From: Oscillospiraceae bacterium
GTDB lineage: Bacteria; Bacillota; Clostridia; Oscillospirales; Oscillospiraceae
Reading direction: 5' to 3'
Assembly (NCBI GenBank): GCA_017541995.1
Contig: JAFXYD010000070.1
Span: forward strand, 508 to 64,507
Length of the DNA: 64,000 bases
A program made the position numbers and the translations under genes. This document shows positions 37,232-46,025 of this stretch, one piece after another (positions within the stretch are counted from its first letter, which is position 1; each line of letters begins with the position of its first letter). The notes below the pieces were generated by a model that was given only the letters and a program-made list of their open reading frames with translations, was not told the DNA's origin and searched no databases.

Positions 37232-37335
37232 GTTGAAAATTGAAAATGGAAAATTGAAAGCTTTCGGAGTTTTTCAGATCGCGATCTGAAAAACACATTC
37301 ATTTTCAATTTTCAACTTTTCATTTTCAATTTTTT
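37232..37335. repeat. heptamer-armed hairpin element (TTGAAAA type), copy 1; fills the whole trxB/PPase spacer
   Basis: Left arm GTTGAAAATTGAAAATGGAAAATTGAAAG, inner palindrome GTTTTTCAGATCGCGATCTGAAAAAC, right arm CATTTTCAATTTTCAACTTTTCATTTTCAATTTTTT. Confidence 0.9.
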
Positions 37336-38950
37336 AGCCCCACAGGGCGGACAGCATGGGAATAACCTGCTTCTTCCGGCTCATGACCCCGGGGAGGAAG
37401 AGGGTATTCCCCTGGGGCTCCACGCCGAAGGCCTGGGCGATGTCGTCGGCGTTGCCCAGGAAGATGATCTGGGTGCCCTCCAGCAGCACGTCGGTGAGCA
37501 TCAGAATCATGATGTTGTAGCCCTTTTCCCCGGTGGCCTTCTCCATTTCCGCCAGGAATTCCGCCTTGCGCTTGAGGATGGAGACGGAGTCCACGCAGGT
37601 GATCTGTCCCACCCCCAGATAGTGGCCGGCGATGTGGAAGTCCTTGAAGTCCGTGTAGAGCAGCTGCGCCGCGGTCTTGTTCTCTCCCAGGGAGGCGGCG
37701 AAGATGAACTTCCCCAGCTCCTCCAGATCCAGGCCCGCAATGCGGGCCAGCCGCTCGGCAATGGTCCGGTCCCGGAGCGTGGACGTGGGAGACTTGAAGA
37801 TGACGGTGTCGGAGAGAATGGCGGCGCACATGAGCCCGGCCATCTTCCTGGAGGGCATCAGGCCCTTTTCCTGGTACATCTCCGCCACAATGGTGGTGGT
37901 GCTGCCGATGATCTCGTTGCGGAAGAAGATGGGGTTGGCGGATTGAATGTCCGCCAGCCGGTGGTGGTCGATGATGCCCAGCAGCTCCACCTGGTCCAGA
38001 CCCGGCACGGACTGGGCCGCCTCGTTGTGATCCACCAGCACCACCTTCTTGCGGCGGGGCTTGAGCAGATGGTAGCGGGACAGGGTCCCCACCACCTTTT
38101 CTTGGGCGTCCAGGATGGGGTAGCAGCGGTAGCGGCTCTTGGAGACCACTTCCTTCACGTCGTCGAGGTAGTCCGTCAGATGGAAGGTCACCAGATCCTC
38201 GGACTGGCAGATCCGGGCGATGGGAATGGCCTGGAAGATCAGCCGGGCCGCCCGGAAGGCGGAGAAGGGGGTGGTGATGATGCAGGTCCGGGTCTCCAGC
38301 GCCCGCAGTTCCGGGCTCAGCTCCGCCTCGCAGAGGATCAGAGCGTGGATGTTGGACTCCAGGGCCCAGCGGATCACCTGGGGCTGGTTGCCGCAGACGG
38401 CGATGTAGTTCTCGTGGTCAAAGAGCAGCTGCTCCGAGCTCTTGGGCAGGCCGAAGATCACCTCGCCGGAGATGCTGTCCGCGACGGAGCCGGCCTCGTT
38501 CAGCACCCGGCCCTCCAGCACGGAGAGCAGGTTGAAGAGGGGGATGTCCTCCACCACCGGGTTCTCGATGGTCTGCATGTCGTAGTCCGCCACGTCTCCG
38601 GAGGAGAGCATGCCGAAGAGGGTGCCGTCCTCCTTGGTGACGGGGATGGCGGCGATGTTGGCGTCGTTGCGGAGAATGTTCCAGCCCCGGCCCACGGTGA
38701 GGGCCGCGCTGAGAGCGGGGGGCGTGTCGTAGTCCAGATCCAGCACCTGGGTCCGCATGTCCTTGATGAGCACCGGGGGCTCAAAGCCGAAGCGCTCCAG
38801 AATGCGTTTGCTCTCGTCGTTGAGGTGGCCCAGCCGGGCGGCGGTGTAGCCCCGTTCCCCCAGGGCGTTCCGCAGGGCGGTGTAGCTCATGGCCGATACG
38901 ATGGAATCCGTGTCCGGGTTCCGGTGGCCTGTCACAAAAACCTGTTCCAT
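37334..38950 (-). CDS. family II (DHH) manganese-dependent inorganic pyrophosphatase with CBS/DRTGG insert
   Basis: VTGHRNPDTDSIVSA, VDHNE, DHHR, C-terminal DHHA2. CBS-like internal region. 538 aa. Confidence 0.8.
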   Translation of the reverse strand: MEQVFVTGHRNPDTDSIVSAMSYTALRNALGERGYTAARLGHLNDESKRILERFGFEPPVLIKDMRTQVLDLDYDTPPALSAALTVGRGWNILRNDANIAAIPVTKEDGTLFGMLSSGDVADYDMQTIENPVVEDIPLFNLLSVLEGRVLNEAGSVADSISGEVIFGLPKSSEQLLFDHENYIAVCGNQPQVIRWALESNIHALILCEAELSPELRALETRTCIITTPFSAFRAARLIFQAIPIARICQSEDLVTFHLTDYLDDVKEVVSKSRYRCYPILDAQEKVVGTLSRYHLLKPRRKKVVLVDHNEAAQSVPGLDQVELLGIIDHHRLADIQSANPIFFRNEIIGSTTTIVAEMYQEKGLMPSRKMAGLMCAAILSDTVIFKSPTSTLRDRTIAERLARIAGLDLEELGKFIFAASLGENKTAAQLLYTDFKDFHIAGHYLGVGQITCVDSVSILKRKAEFLAEMEKATGEKGYNIMILMLTDVLLEGTQIIFLGNADDIAQAFGVEPQGNTLFLPGVMSRKKQVIPMLSALWG

Positions 38951-38989
38951 ACTGTTCTCCTTTGCATTAAGCGGTATACAACTCCTATC

Positions 38990-39295
38990 TTATATATTAT
39001 GCCTGTTTTTGGGCCGTTTGTCAATCTTTTTGCGTGCCGCGCCGGCATTTCGCAGGGCGTATTTGCGCCGGGTGGCCGCTCCGCCCCGCAGGTGGCGCTG
39101 GGCCTTGTTCCGGTCCAGCACCGCCCGGACCCGAAGGAAGAGCAGACGGTCGCTCTGCTCCAGCCGCCGGGTGAGATCCTTGTGTACTGTGGATTTGGAC
39201 ACGCCGAAGCGCTCCGCCGCCGCCCGCACCGTGGCGCCGGTCTGCAGCACGTATTCCGCCAGCTCCCTGGCCCGCTTGTCGATGGTATCTGTCAT
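38990..39295 (-). CDS. spoIIID: sporulation transcriptional regulator SpoIIID
   Basis: GATVRAAAERFGVSKSTVHKDLTRRL ... RHLRGGAATRRKY matches the SpoIIID HTH and basic tail. GGGAGGTG RBS before ATG 39295. Confidence 0.85.
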   Translation of the reverse strand: MTDTIDKRARELAEYVLQTGATVRAAAERFGVSKSTVHKDLTRRLEQSDRLLFLRVRAVLDRNKAQRHLRGGAATRRKYALRNAGAARKKIDKRPKNRHNI

Positions 39296-39365
39296 ATCCG
39301 CACCTCCCAAGCTTTGCTCGGGACAGTCTATGAAGTCCTTTCGCCGTATATACGGCGAAAGGGGC

Positions 39366-39394
39366 TTGACAAATACCCCTTGGGGGTATATAAT
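39366..39394 (+). promoter_or_regulatory. csoR-copA promoter with CsoR-type operator in the spacer
   Basis: TTGACA, 17 nt, TATAAT. The spacer holds the GC-rich pseudo-palindrome ATACCCCTTGGGGGTAT. Confidence 0.75.
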
Positions 39395-39437
39395 ACGGGC
39401 AGTAAGCATAGACAAACCCAGAAAGGGGAAACACAAC

Positions 39438-39740
39438 ATGGACGAGAAAAGCTGCTGCCGGAAAAAAGCCGTGCCCCGGTCCGAGGCGGAGCGCAGGCGG
39501 CTGATCCACCGGCTTAACCGCATGGAGGGACAGATCCGGGGCATCCGGGGCATGGTGGAGAACGACGTCTACTGCAACGACGTGCTGGTCCAGTGCTCCG
39601 CGGTGAACGCGGCCCTGCGGGCCTTTGAGCGGGAGCTGCTGGCCTCCCACGTCCGCTCCTGCGTGGCGGAGGAGCTCCGGGCCGGGAAGGACGAGGTGGT
39701 GGACGAGCTCGTTGAGACCCTAAATAAAATGATGAAGTAA
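39438..39740 (+). CDS. csoR: copper-sensing metal-sensitive transcriptional repressor CsoR
   Basis: RLNRMEGQIRGIRGMVENDVYCNDVLVQCSAV (C-H-C ligand pattern), 100 aa, directly upstream of copA. Confidence 0.85.
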   Translation: MDEKSCCRKKAVPRSEAERRRLIHRLNRMEGQIRGIRGMVENDVYCNDVLVQCSAVNAALRAFERELLASHVRSCVAEELRAGKDEVVDELVETLNKMMK

Positions 39741-41223
39741 AGGAATCGGGTGATTGGATGAAACAATATAACGTAACGGGCATGAGCTGCGCCGCCTGCT
39801 CGGCCCGGGTGGAAAAGGCGGTGAAGGGGGTTCCCGGGGTGGAATCCTGCGCCGTGAGCCTGCTGACGAATTCCATGGGCGTGGAGGGCAGCGCCGATCC
39901 CGCCGCCGTCATCGCCGCCGTCACCGAGGCGGGCTACGGGGCCTCCCTGAAGGGGGCCGCCGACGGCGCCCGGAGCGTCCCCCAGGCCGCCGACGCCCTG
40001 GCGGACACCGAGACCCCCAGGCTGAAAAAGCGCCTGCTCTGGTCCCTGGGCTTTCTGCTGGTTTTGATGTATTTCTCCATGGGCCATATGATGTGGGGCT
40101 TCCCCCTGCCCAAATGGTTCGAGGGAAACCACGTGGCCATGGGCCTGGTCCAGCTGCTGCTGGCGGCCGTCATCATGGTAATCAACCAGCGCTTCTTCAT
40201 CTCCGGCTTCAAGGCCCTGCTGCACCGGGCCCCCAACATGGACACCCTGGTGGCCATGGGCTCCGGGGTCTCCTTCCTCTGGTCGGTCTGGGTGCTCTTT
40301 GCCATGACCCGGGCCCAGCTGGACGGGGACGCCGCCGCGGTGGAGGGCTATATGATGGAGTTCTACTTCGAGTCCGCCGCCATGATTCTGACGCTGATCA
40401 CCGTGGGCAAGCTGCTGGAGGCCCGGTCCAAGGGCAAAACCACCGACGCCCTCAAGGGGCTGATGAAGCTGGCCCCCCAGACCGCCGTGGTGCTGCGAAA
40501 CGGCGTGGAGACCACGGTGCCCGTGGCCCAGGTGCAAAAGGACGATCTGTTCGTGGTGCGGCCCGGGGAGGCCATCCCCGTGGACGGGGTGGTGGTAGAG
40601 GGCAGCTCCGCCGTCAACGAGGCCGCCCTCACCGGGGAGTCCATCCCCGTGGACAAGGCCCCCGGGGACCTGCTCTCCGCCGCCACGGTGAACCAGTCCG
40701 GCTTCCTGAAGGCCCGGGCCACCCGGGTGGGGGAGGACACCACCCTCTCCCAGATCATCAAAATGGTCTCCGACGCCGCCGCCACCAAGGCCCCCATCGC
40801 CAAGGCCGCCGACAAGATCTCCGGGATCTTTGTCCCTGTGGTCCAGGCCATCGCCCTGGCGGTGACGGGGATCTGGCTGCTGGCGGGGCAGGACTTCTCC
40901 TACGCCCTGGGCCGGGGCATCTCCGTGCTGGTGATCTCCTGTCCCTGCGCCCTGGGTCTGGCGACCCCCGTGGCCATTATGGTGGGCAACGGCGTGGGGG
41001 CCAAAAACGGCATTCTTTTCAAAACCGCCGTCTCCCTGGAGCAGACCGGCAAGGTGAAGATCGTGGCCCTGGACAAGACCGGCACCATCACCACCGGCCA
41101 GCCCGCCGTGACGGACATCCTGCCCGCCCCCGGCGTCAGCCAGGCGGAGCTCCTGGCCGCCGCCGTGGCCCTGGAGGAAAAGAGCGAGCATCCCCTGGCG
41201 AAGGCGATTGTGGGATATGCCGA

Positions 41224-41272
41224 GGGATCGGGGATCAGGGACCAGGGATCAGGGATCAGGGATCGAGGATTG
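41224..41272. repeat. heptanucleotide tract (GGGATCR) x 6-7 inside copA
   Basis: GGGATCG GGGATCA GGGACCA GGGATCA GGGATCA GGGATCG AGGATTG. Confidence 0.9.
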
Positions 41273-41393
41273 CAGAACTGAGCGACTTCCGGGCTCTGCC
41301 GGGGAACGGGCTGGAGGCCCTGCTGGAGGGCAGGCCTCTCATAGGCGGCTCGGTGAAATTCATCACGGAGCGGCTCCGGGCGGCAGGGGATAC

Positions 41394-41463
41394 GGGCCCT
41401 TCGGCTCCGCTGCGCTCCGCTCAGGACGACAAACCCGAAGCCGTTTCCCCCGTCCTTCGGGCC
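41394..41463. repeat. repeat module sharing a 26-nt identical core with the rluB insertion
   Basis: CTCCGCTGCGCTCCGCTCAGGACGAC at 41405-41430 is identical to 47713-47738. Translated in frame as PSAPLRSAQDD. Confidence 0.85.
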
Positions 41464-42099
41464 AAGGCCGACGAGCTGGCCGCCCAGGGCAAGACCCCCC
41501 TGCTCTTTGCCCACGGGGATCGGCTGCTGGGCCTCATCGCCGTGGCGGACGTCATCAAGCCCGAGAGCCCCGCAGCGGTGAAAGAGTTACAGAATATGGG
41601 CGTTAGAGTTGTTATGTTAACCGGCGACAACGAGCGCACCGCCCAGGCCATTGCCGCCCAGGCGGGGGTGGACGAGGTGGTGGCAGGCGTCCTGCCCGAG
41701 GGCAAGGAGGCCGTGATCCGGGAGCTGCAAAGCCGCGGCCCCGTCCTCATGGTGGGCGACGGCATCAACGACGCCCCGGCCCTGACCCGGGCGGACGTGG
41801 GCAGGGCCATCGGCGCGGGGGCCGACGTGGCCATCGACGCCGCCGACGTGGTGCTGATGAAGAGCAAGCTCAGCGACGTGCCCGCGGCCCTGCGGCTGAG
41901 CCGGGCCACCCTGCGGAATATCCACGAAAACCTCTTCTGGGCCTTCCTCTACAACAGCATCGGCATCCCCCTGGCGGCGGGGGCCTTCGTCAAGGCCTTC
42001 GGCTGGACCATGAACCCCATGTTCGGGGCCGCCGCCATGAGCCTGTCCAGCTTCTGCGTGGTGACCAACGCCCTGCGGCTGAATTTCGTGAAGCTGCAT

Positions 42100-42152
42100 A
42101 AAAGCCTTCCCCTTGAGGGGAAGGTGGCCCCGCAGGGGCCGGATGAGGTGGC
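42100..42152. repeat. R7-type double-hairpin repeat translated in frame between the CopA core and the C-terminal HMA domain
   Basis: AAAAGCCTTCCCCTTGAGGGGAAGGTG + GGCCCCGCAGGGGCC + GGATGAGGTGGC. Reverse-complement homologue of 5562-5625. Confidence 0.85.
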
Positions 42153-42384
42153 TCCCCCGGAAGAGAGCGGCATCGTGATCCAGGTTAAGGGCATGATGTG
42201 CCACAACTGCGAGCGCCACGTGCAGGAGGCCCTGGAGGCCCTGCCCGGGGTGGAGTCCGCCCGGGCGGATTTCCGGACTGGCCTGGTGGAGCTCCGGGGC
42301 GCCGCCTCCGAGGCGGAGCTCAGGCAGGCCGTCAAAGGCGCGGGGTACAAGTTCCGGAAAATCGTGGGCTGAGGCCGACAAATC

Positions 42385-42568
42385 AATGAAAATATGAAAC
42401 TATGAAAAAATGAAAATATTATGGTATTTTCCATATCTTCGATATGGAAAATGGTATTTCAAATCGTCCCGAAGGGACACCGAAATAGTTTCATAATTTC
42501 ATATTTTCATAGTTTCATTCTCCCCGTCAAATCCCGATTTGCACATTTTTGCGCAAATCGGGATTACG
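42385..42568. repeat. heptamer-armed hairpin element (ATGAAAA/TGAAACT type) followed by a CAAATCCCGATTTGC inverted repeat
   Basis: Arms 42385-42420 and 42484-42519 are imperfect reverse complements. Inner hairpins ATTTTCCATAT/ATATGGAAAAT and GTCCC-GAA-GGGAC. Then CAAATCCCGATTTGC...GCAAATCGGGATT. Confidence 0.85.
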
Positions 42569-42650
42569 CTACTTGCGAAACGGGAAAAACTATGGTACAA
42601 TAACCTGTAATCTGGATAAGTAGTATTATCTTCAAATTGGAGTTTTGACC

Positions 42651-43379
42651 ATGAGTGGATTAACAAGCTGGTTTCAGGGCATCGACCTGAGCCGGTTGAT
42701 CGAACGGATTTTCTATGCCGGAGCGGCGCTGATCGCCATTTCGGTGCATGAGAGCTGCCACGGCCTTTCCGCCTACTGGCTGGGGGACGACACCGCCAAG
42801 CGCCAGGGCCGCATCAGCCTGAATCCCCTGCGGCATCTGGATCTCTTCGGCTTCGTGATGATGGTGGCGTTCCGCTTCGGCTGGGCCAAGCCTGTGCCCG
42901 TGAACCCCTACCGGATGACGAAAATCAAAAGCCCCAAGCTGGGCATGGCCCTCACCGCCGCCGCGGGGCCCGTCTCCAATCTGCTGCTGGCGCTGAGCTT
43001 CGGCACGGCCTTCTACATCCTCCTCTACAGCGGGGATCAGAAGCTGCTGTATATGTGGGCGGGGTACAGGGAGGCCTCGGGCTGGGGCTACTATCTCAGT
43101 CGGTTTTTCCGGATCTGCATGAGCCTCAACGCGGGCCTGGCGGTGTTCAATCTGATCCCCATCTCCCCCCTGGACGGCTCCAAGATCCTGGCCATTGTGC
43201 TGCCGGAGCGGGCCTACGCCCAGCTGATGCGCTATGAGCGCTACGGCTTCTTCCTTCTGGCGGCCCTGCTCTTCAGCGGCGTGCTGGATCGGCCCCTGGC
43301 CCTTCTGCAGCAGGGCGTTCTGAACTGCGTTTCCGCCGTTGCCGAGCCCATCGCCAAGGCCGCGGCGGGCATCCTTTGA
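42651..43379 (+). CDS. site-2 protease family (M50) membrane metalloprotease
   Basis: HESCHGLSAYWLGD (HExxH), several TM helices, PISPLDGSKIL. GGAG is 8 nt before ATG 42651. Confidence 0.75.
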   Translation: MSGLTSWFQGIDLSRLIERIFYAGAALIAISVHESCHGLSAYWLGDDTAKRQGRISLNPLRHLDLFGFVMMVAFRFGWAKPVPVNPYRMTKIKSPKLGMALTAAAGPVSNLLLALSFGTAFYILLYSGDQKLLYMWAGYREASGWGYYLSRFFRICMSLNAGLAVFNLIPISPLDGSKILAIVLPERAYAQLMRYERYGFFLLAALLFSGVLDRPLALLQQGVLNCVSAVAEPIAKAAAGIL

Positions 43380-44194
43380 TGAAAGTCGAAAACCGAGACA
43401 ATATGGACGAACCGAAATACCACCTGAGCGGCGTGGTCAAATCCCACGACGAGACCGCCGAGGACTTCGACGGTCCGCTGGATCTGATCCTGCTGCTGCT
43501 GAGCAAGAATAAAATCGAGATCCAGGACGTCTCCATCACCGCCATTTTGGAGCAGTACCTGGCCTATCTGGACGAGATGAAGCGCATGGATATGGAGATC
43601 GCCAGCGAGTTTATCGCCATGGCCTCCCATCTGATGCTCATCAAGACCAAGATGCTCCTCTCCGCCGCCGAGCAGGCGGAGGCCCTGTCGGAGATGGAGC
43701 TGCTGATCCAGTCCCTCCAGGAGCGGCAGCGCCAGGAGGCCTTTGACCGGATCAAAAGCGCCGCCGCCGTGCTGGAGCAGCGCAACGAGCTGGGCCTGGG
43801 CCTCTTCACCAAGGGCCCCGAGCCCTTTGAACGGGATATGACCTATCGCTACCGCCACGAGCCCGCCGACCTGCTGCGGGCCTTTGACAGCATCGCCGAG
43901 CGGAGCAGGAAGCTCCTGCCCCCGCCCCGGGCCAGCTTCGAGGGCATCGTGGGCCGGGAGCCCTATCCCGTCACCAAAAAGACCGCCGAGCTGCTGAAAA
44001 AGCTGGTGCTGCGGGGCGTCAGCGCCCTGCGCCGCCTGTTCCGGGGCTGCCGCAGCCGATCGGAGATCGTCGCCACGTTTTTGGCTGTTTTGGAGCTCTG
44101 CAAAACCAACGCCGTGGAGCTGGAGGAGGAGCACGGGGAGACCACCGTCCGCCTGCTGAAGCTCCCGGAAAAGGAGGAAGTCCATGGACCATAA
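43376..44194 (+). CDS. scpA: segregation and condensation protein A
   Basis: FDGPLDLILLLLSKNKIEIQDVSITAILEQYLAYL. Followed by scpB. The exact start is uncertain. Confidence 0.85.
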   Translation: MMKVENRDNMDEPKYHLSGVVKSHDETAEDFDGPLDLILLLLSKNKIEIQDVSITAILEQYLAYLDEMKRMDMEIASEFIAMASHLMLIKTKMLLSAAEQAEALSEMELLIQSLQERQRQEAFDRIKSAAAVLEQRNELGLGLFTKGPEPFERDMTYRYRHEPADLLRAFDSIAERSRKLLPPPRASFEGIVGREPYPVTKKTAELLKKLVLRGVSALRRLFRGCRSRSEIVATFLAVLELCKTNAVELEEEHGETTVRLLKLPEKEEVHGP

Positions 44195-44819
44195 GGAGCT
44201 TGCCCGCATCTGCGAGGCCATTCTGTTTGCCGCCGGGGAGCCGGTGGAGACGGAGCGGCTCTGCTTTGTCACCGAGACCGACCCCGAGGAGCTCCGGGCC
44301 GTCATGAAGGAGCTCATGGATCTCTACGCCTTTGAGCGCCGGGGCATTCGGATCCTGCGGCTGGAGGACAGCTGGCAGATGTGCTCTCAGAACGACCTGG
44401 CCCCCTGGGTCACCAAGGCCCTGGAGACCCGGAAGCCCCCCAAGCTCTCCGCCTCCCAGCTGGAGACCCTGACCATCATCGCCTACTACCAGCCCACCAC
44501 CAAGGCCTTCGTGGAGAAGCTCCGGGGGGTGGACAGCTCCTATTCCGTCTCCGCGCTTCTGAATAAGAAGCTCATCGAGGAGAACGGCCGCCTGGAGGCC
44601 CCGGGCCGCCCCATCCTCTACCGCACCACCCCGGACTTCCTCCGCACCTTCGGCCTGGAGTCCCTGGAGGAGCTGCCGGAGATGGAGAAGGTGAACTTCG
44701 CCGCTGCCTCTGAGGAGGCAGCGGAGGCAACAGGCAACAGGCAACAGGCAACAGGGGAGCAGGCAACAGGGGATGCCTCCCTACGGAAGCACGCAGACGG
44801 GAAGGAGGACGGGGTATGA
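44184..44819 (+). CDS. scpB: SMC-Scp complex subunit ScpB, with repeat-encoded C-terminal tail
   Basis: ICEAILFAAGEPV ... LSASQLETLTIIAYYQPTTKAFVEKLRGVDS. Tail ATGNRQQATGEQATG is encoded by (GCAACAG)n. Confidence 0.85.
   Translation: MDHKELARICEAILFAAGEPVETERLCFVTETDPEELRAVMKELMDLYAFERRGIRILRLEDSWQMCSQNDLAPWVTKALETRKPPKLSASQLETLTIIAYYQPTTKAFVEKLRGVDSSYSVSALLNKKLIEENGRLEAPGRPILYRTTPDFLRTFGLESLEELPEMEKVNFAAASEEAAEATGNRQQATGEQATGDASLRKHADGKEDGV
44727..44779. repeat. (GCAACAG)x3 plus degenerate units and a CCCTACGG end, inside the scpB 3' end
   Basis: Perfect units at 44727-44747, then GGGAGCAGGCAACAGGGGATGCCTCCCTACGG. Confidence 0.85.
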
Positions 44820-45550
44820 AGGTCCTTCTGATCGTGCTCGGGGTCCTCTTCCTCATCGGCTGCATCCCGGTGGGGGTGCTGTTCCGCTATCACGGCGAGA
44901 TCCAGCTGAAGCTGACCCTGCTGTTCTTCAAAATCGGCATCCTCCCGAAGAAGCCCCAGTCCCGGAAGAAGCGGGAGAAGGCCGAGGCCAAGAAGGCCGC
45001 CAAGGCCGCCAAAAAGGCCGAGACCAAGAAGAATAAGAAGAAAAAGCAGCAGGCCCAGAGTCTGATCGCCAAGCCCAAGGAGCCGGAGCCGAAGAAGCCG
45101 AAGCCCAAAAAGTCCCTGCCGGACAAAATTGCCGGGCTGATCCCCTGGGCCAGGCTGGGAGCGGGCTTCGTGGGAGAGTTCTTCCACCGGAAGCTCACCG
45201 TCACCCGGCTGCGGATCCGGGCGGTGCTGGCAGGGGGCGACCCCGCCAAGACCGCCAGAACCGTCGGCACCGCCTGGGAGGCCATCGGCGTCGCCCTGCC
45301 CATTCTGGAGCGGGCCTTCCGCATCAAGGAGCGGAAAATCGCCGTCTACCCGGACTTTACCGCCTCGGAAACGGATCTGGAGGCGGAGCTGCACATCCGC
45401 CTCCGCATCGGCGGCGTGGTGTTGCTGCTTCTGAAATACGCAGGGAAGGCCGCGGCCCTGTTCCTGCGTCAGAAACGAAACGAGAAAAAGCGCCGCGAAC
45501 AGGAAGAACCGGAATCTGAAACCAATGAAACCGAAGAAAAGGTGGGTTAA
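44816..45550 (+). CDS. DUF2953 domain-containing protein
   Basis: N-terminal TM helix, Lys-rich linker, position between scpB and ytfJ as in other Clostridia. Confidence 0.6.
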   Translation: MKVLLIVLGVLFLIGCIPVGVLFRYHGEIQLKLTLLFFKIGILPKKPQSRKKREKAEAKKAAKAAKKAETKKNKKKKQQAQSLIAKPKEPEPKKPKPKKSLPDKIAGLIPWARLGAGFVGEFFHRKLTVTRLRIRAVLAGGDPAKTARTVGTAWEAIGVALPILERAFRIKERKIAVYPDFTASETDLEAELHIRLRIGGVVLLLLKYAGKAAALFLRQKRNEKKRREQEEPESETNETEEKVG

Positions 45551-45552
45551 TT

Positions 45553-45948
45553 ATGAATCACAACATTTCCGACATGCTGACCTCCTCCATGGAGAAGATC
45601 CAGAAGATGGTGGACGTAAATACCATCATCGGCCAGCCCGTACACCTGGGTGACGGGGTCACCATCGTCCCCATCACCAAGGTCCATATCGGCATGGGCG
45701 GCGGCGGCACCGACTTCGCCACCAAGAGCGCCCTGTCCGCCAAGAAGGACCCCTTCGGCGGCGGCCTGGGGGCCGGCGTCAGCATCGACCCCGTGGCCTT
45801 CCTGGTCCTCAAGGGCGACTCCGTGCGGATGCTGCCCGTGGCGGAGCCCGCCTCCACCACCGTGGACCGCATCGTGGAGCAGGCCCCGGACCTCATCGAC
45901 AAGCTGGCCGACTTCCTGGACGGGAGAAAGGCCAAGGACGAGGCCTGA
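45553..45948 (+). CDS. ytfJ: GerW/YtfJ family sporulation protein
   Basis: IIGQPVHLGDGVTIVPITKVHIGMGGGGTDF ... GAGVSIDPVAFLVL. Confidence 0.8.
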   Translation: MNHNISDMLTSSMEKIQKMVDVNTIIGQPVHLGDGVTIVPITKVHIGMGGGGTDFATKSALSAKKDPFGGGLGAGVSIDPVAFLVLKGDSVRMLPVAEPASTTVDRIVEQAPDLIDKLADFLDGRKAKDEA

Positions 45949-46025
45949 TCAAGCGACAATGAATCCTTGACGGCTTTGCGCATATTTCGTCACGATTCGG
46001 GCAAACTGTCCGCGGGTGATGAAAT

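Larger units (their letters stand above)
39758..42372 (+). pseudogene. copA: copper-translocating P-type ATPase CopA, reading frame broken at a heptamer tract (stop at 41279-41281; continues in the -1 frame) and carrying two further in-frame repeat insertions plus a C-terminal HMA domain
   Basis: N-terminal HMA GMSCAACSARVEKAV, CPC motif SCPCALGLATP, DKTGT, then GSGIRDQGSGIRDRGLQN*. Frame 1 resumes ELSDFRALPGNG ... MLTGDN ... GDGINDAP ... GMMCHNCERHV. Confidence 0.8.

Noticed and set aside
37218-37298. N-terminal extensions in the ORF track: trxB here, HD gene 27617-27682, oxidoreductase 47947-48021, rimM 60682-60690
   Set aside because: The extensions are translations of repeat elements (FSIFNFQ, GIGPYE, SILNPQFSI). 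Each has a better internal start with a proper RBS.
40093-41270. Upstream part of the 759-aa frame-1 ORF overlapping copA
   Set aside because: Only the part downstream of the heptamer tract (from about 41270) matches P-type ATPase sequence. The upstream portion is an out-of-frame read of the N-terminal copA half.
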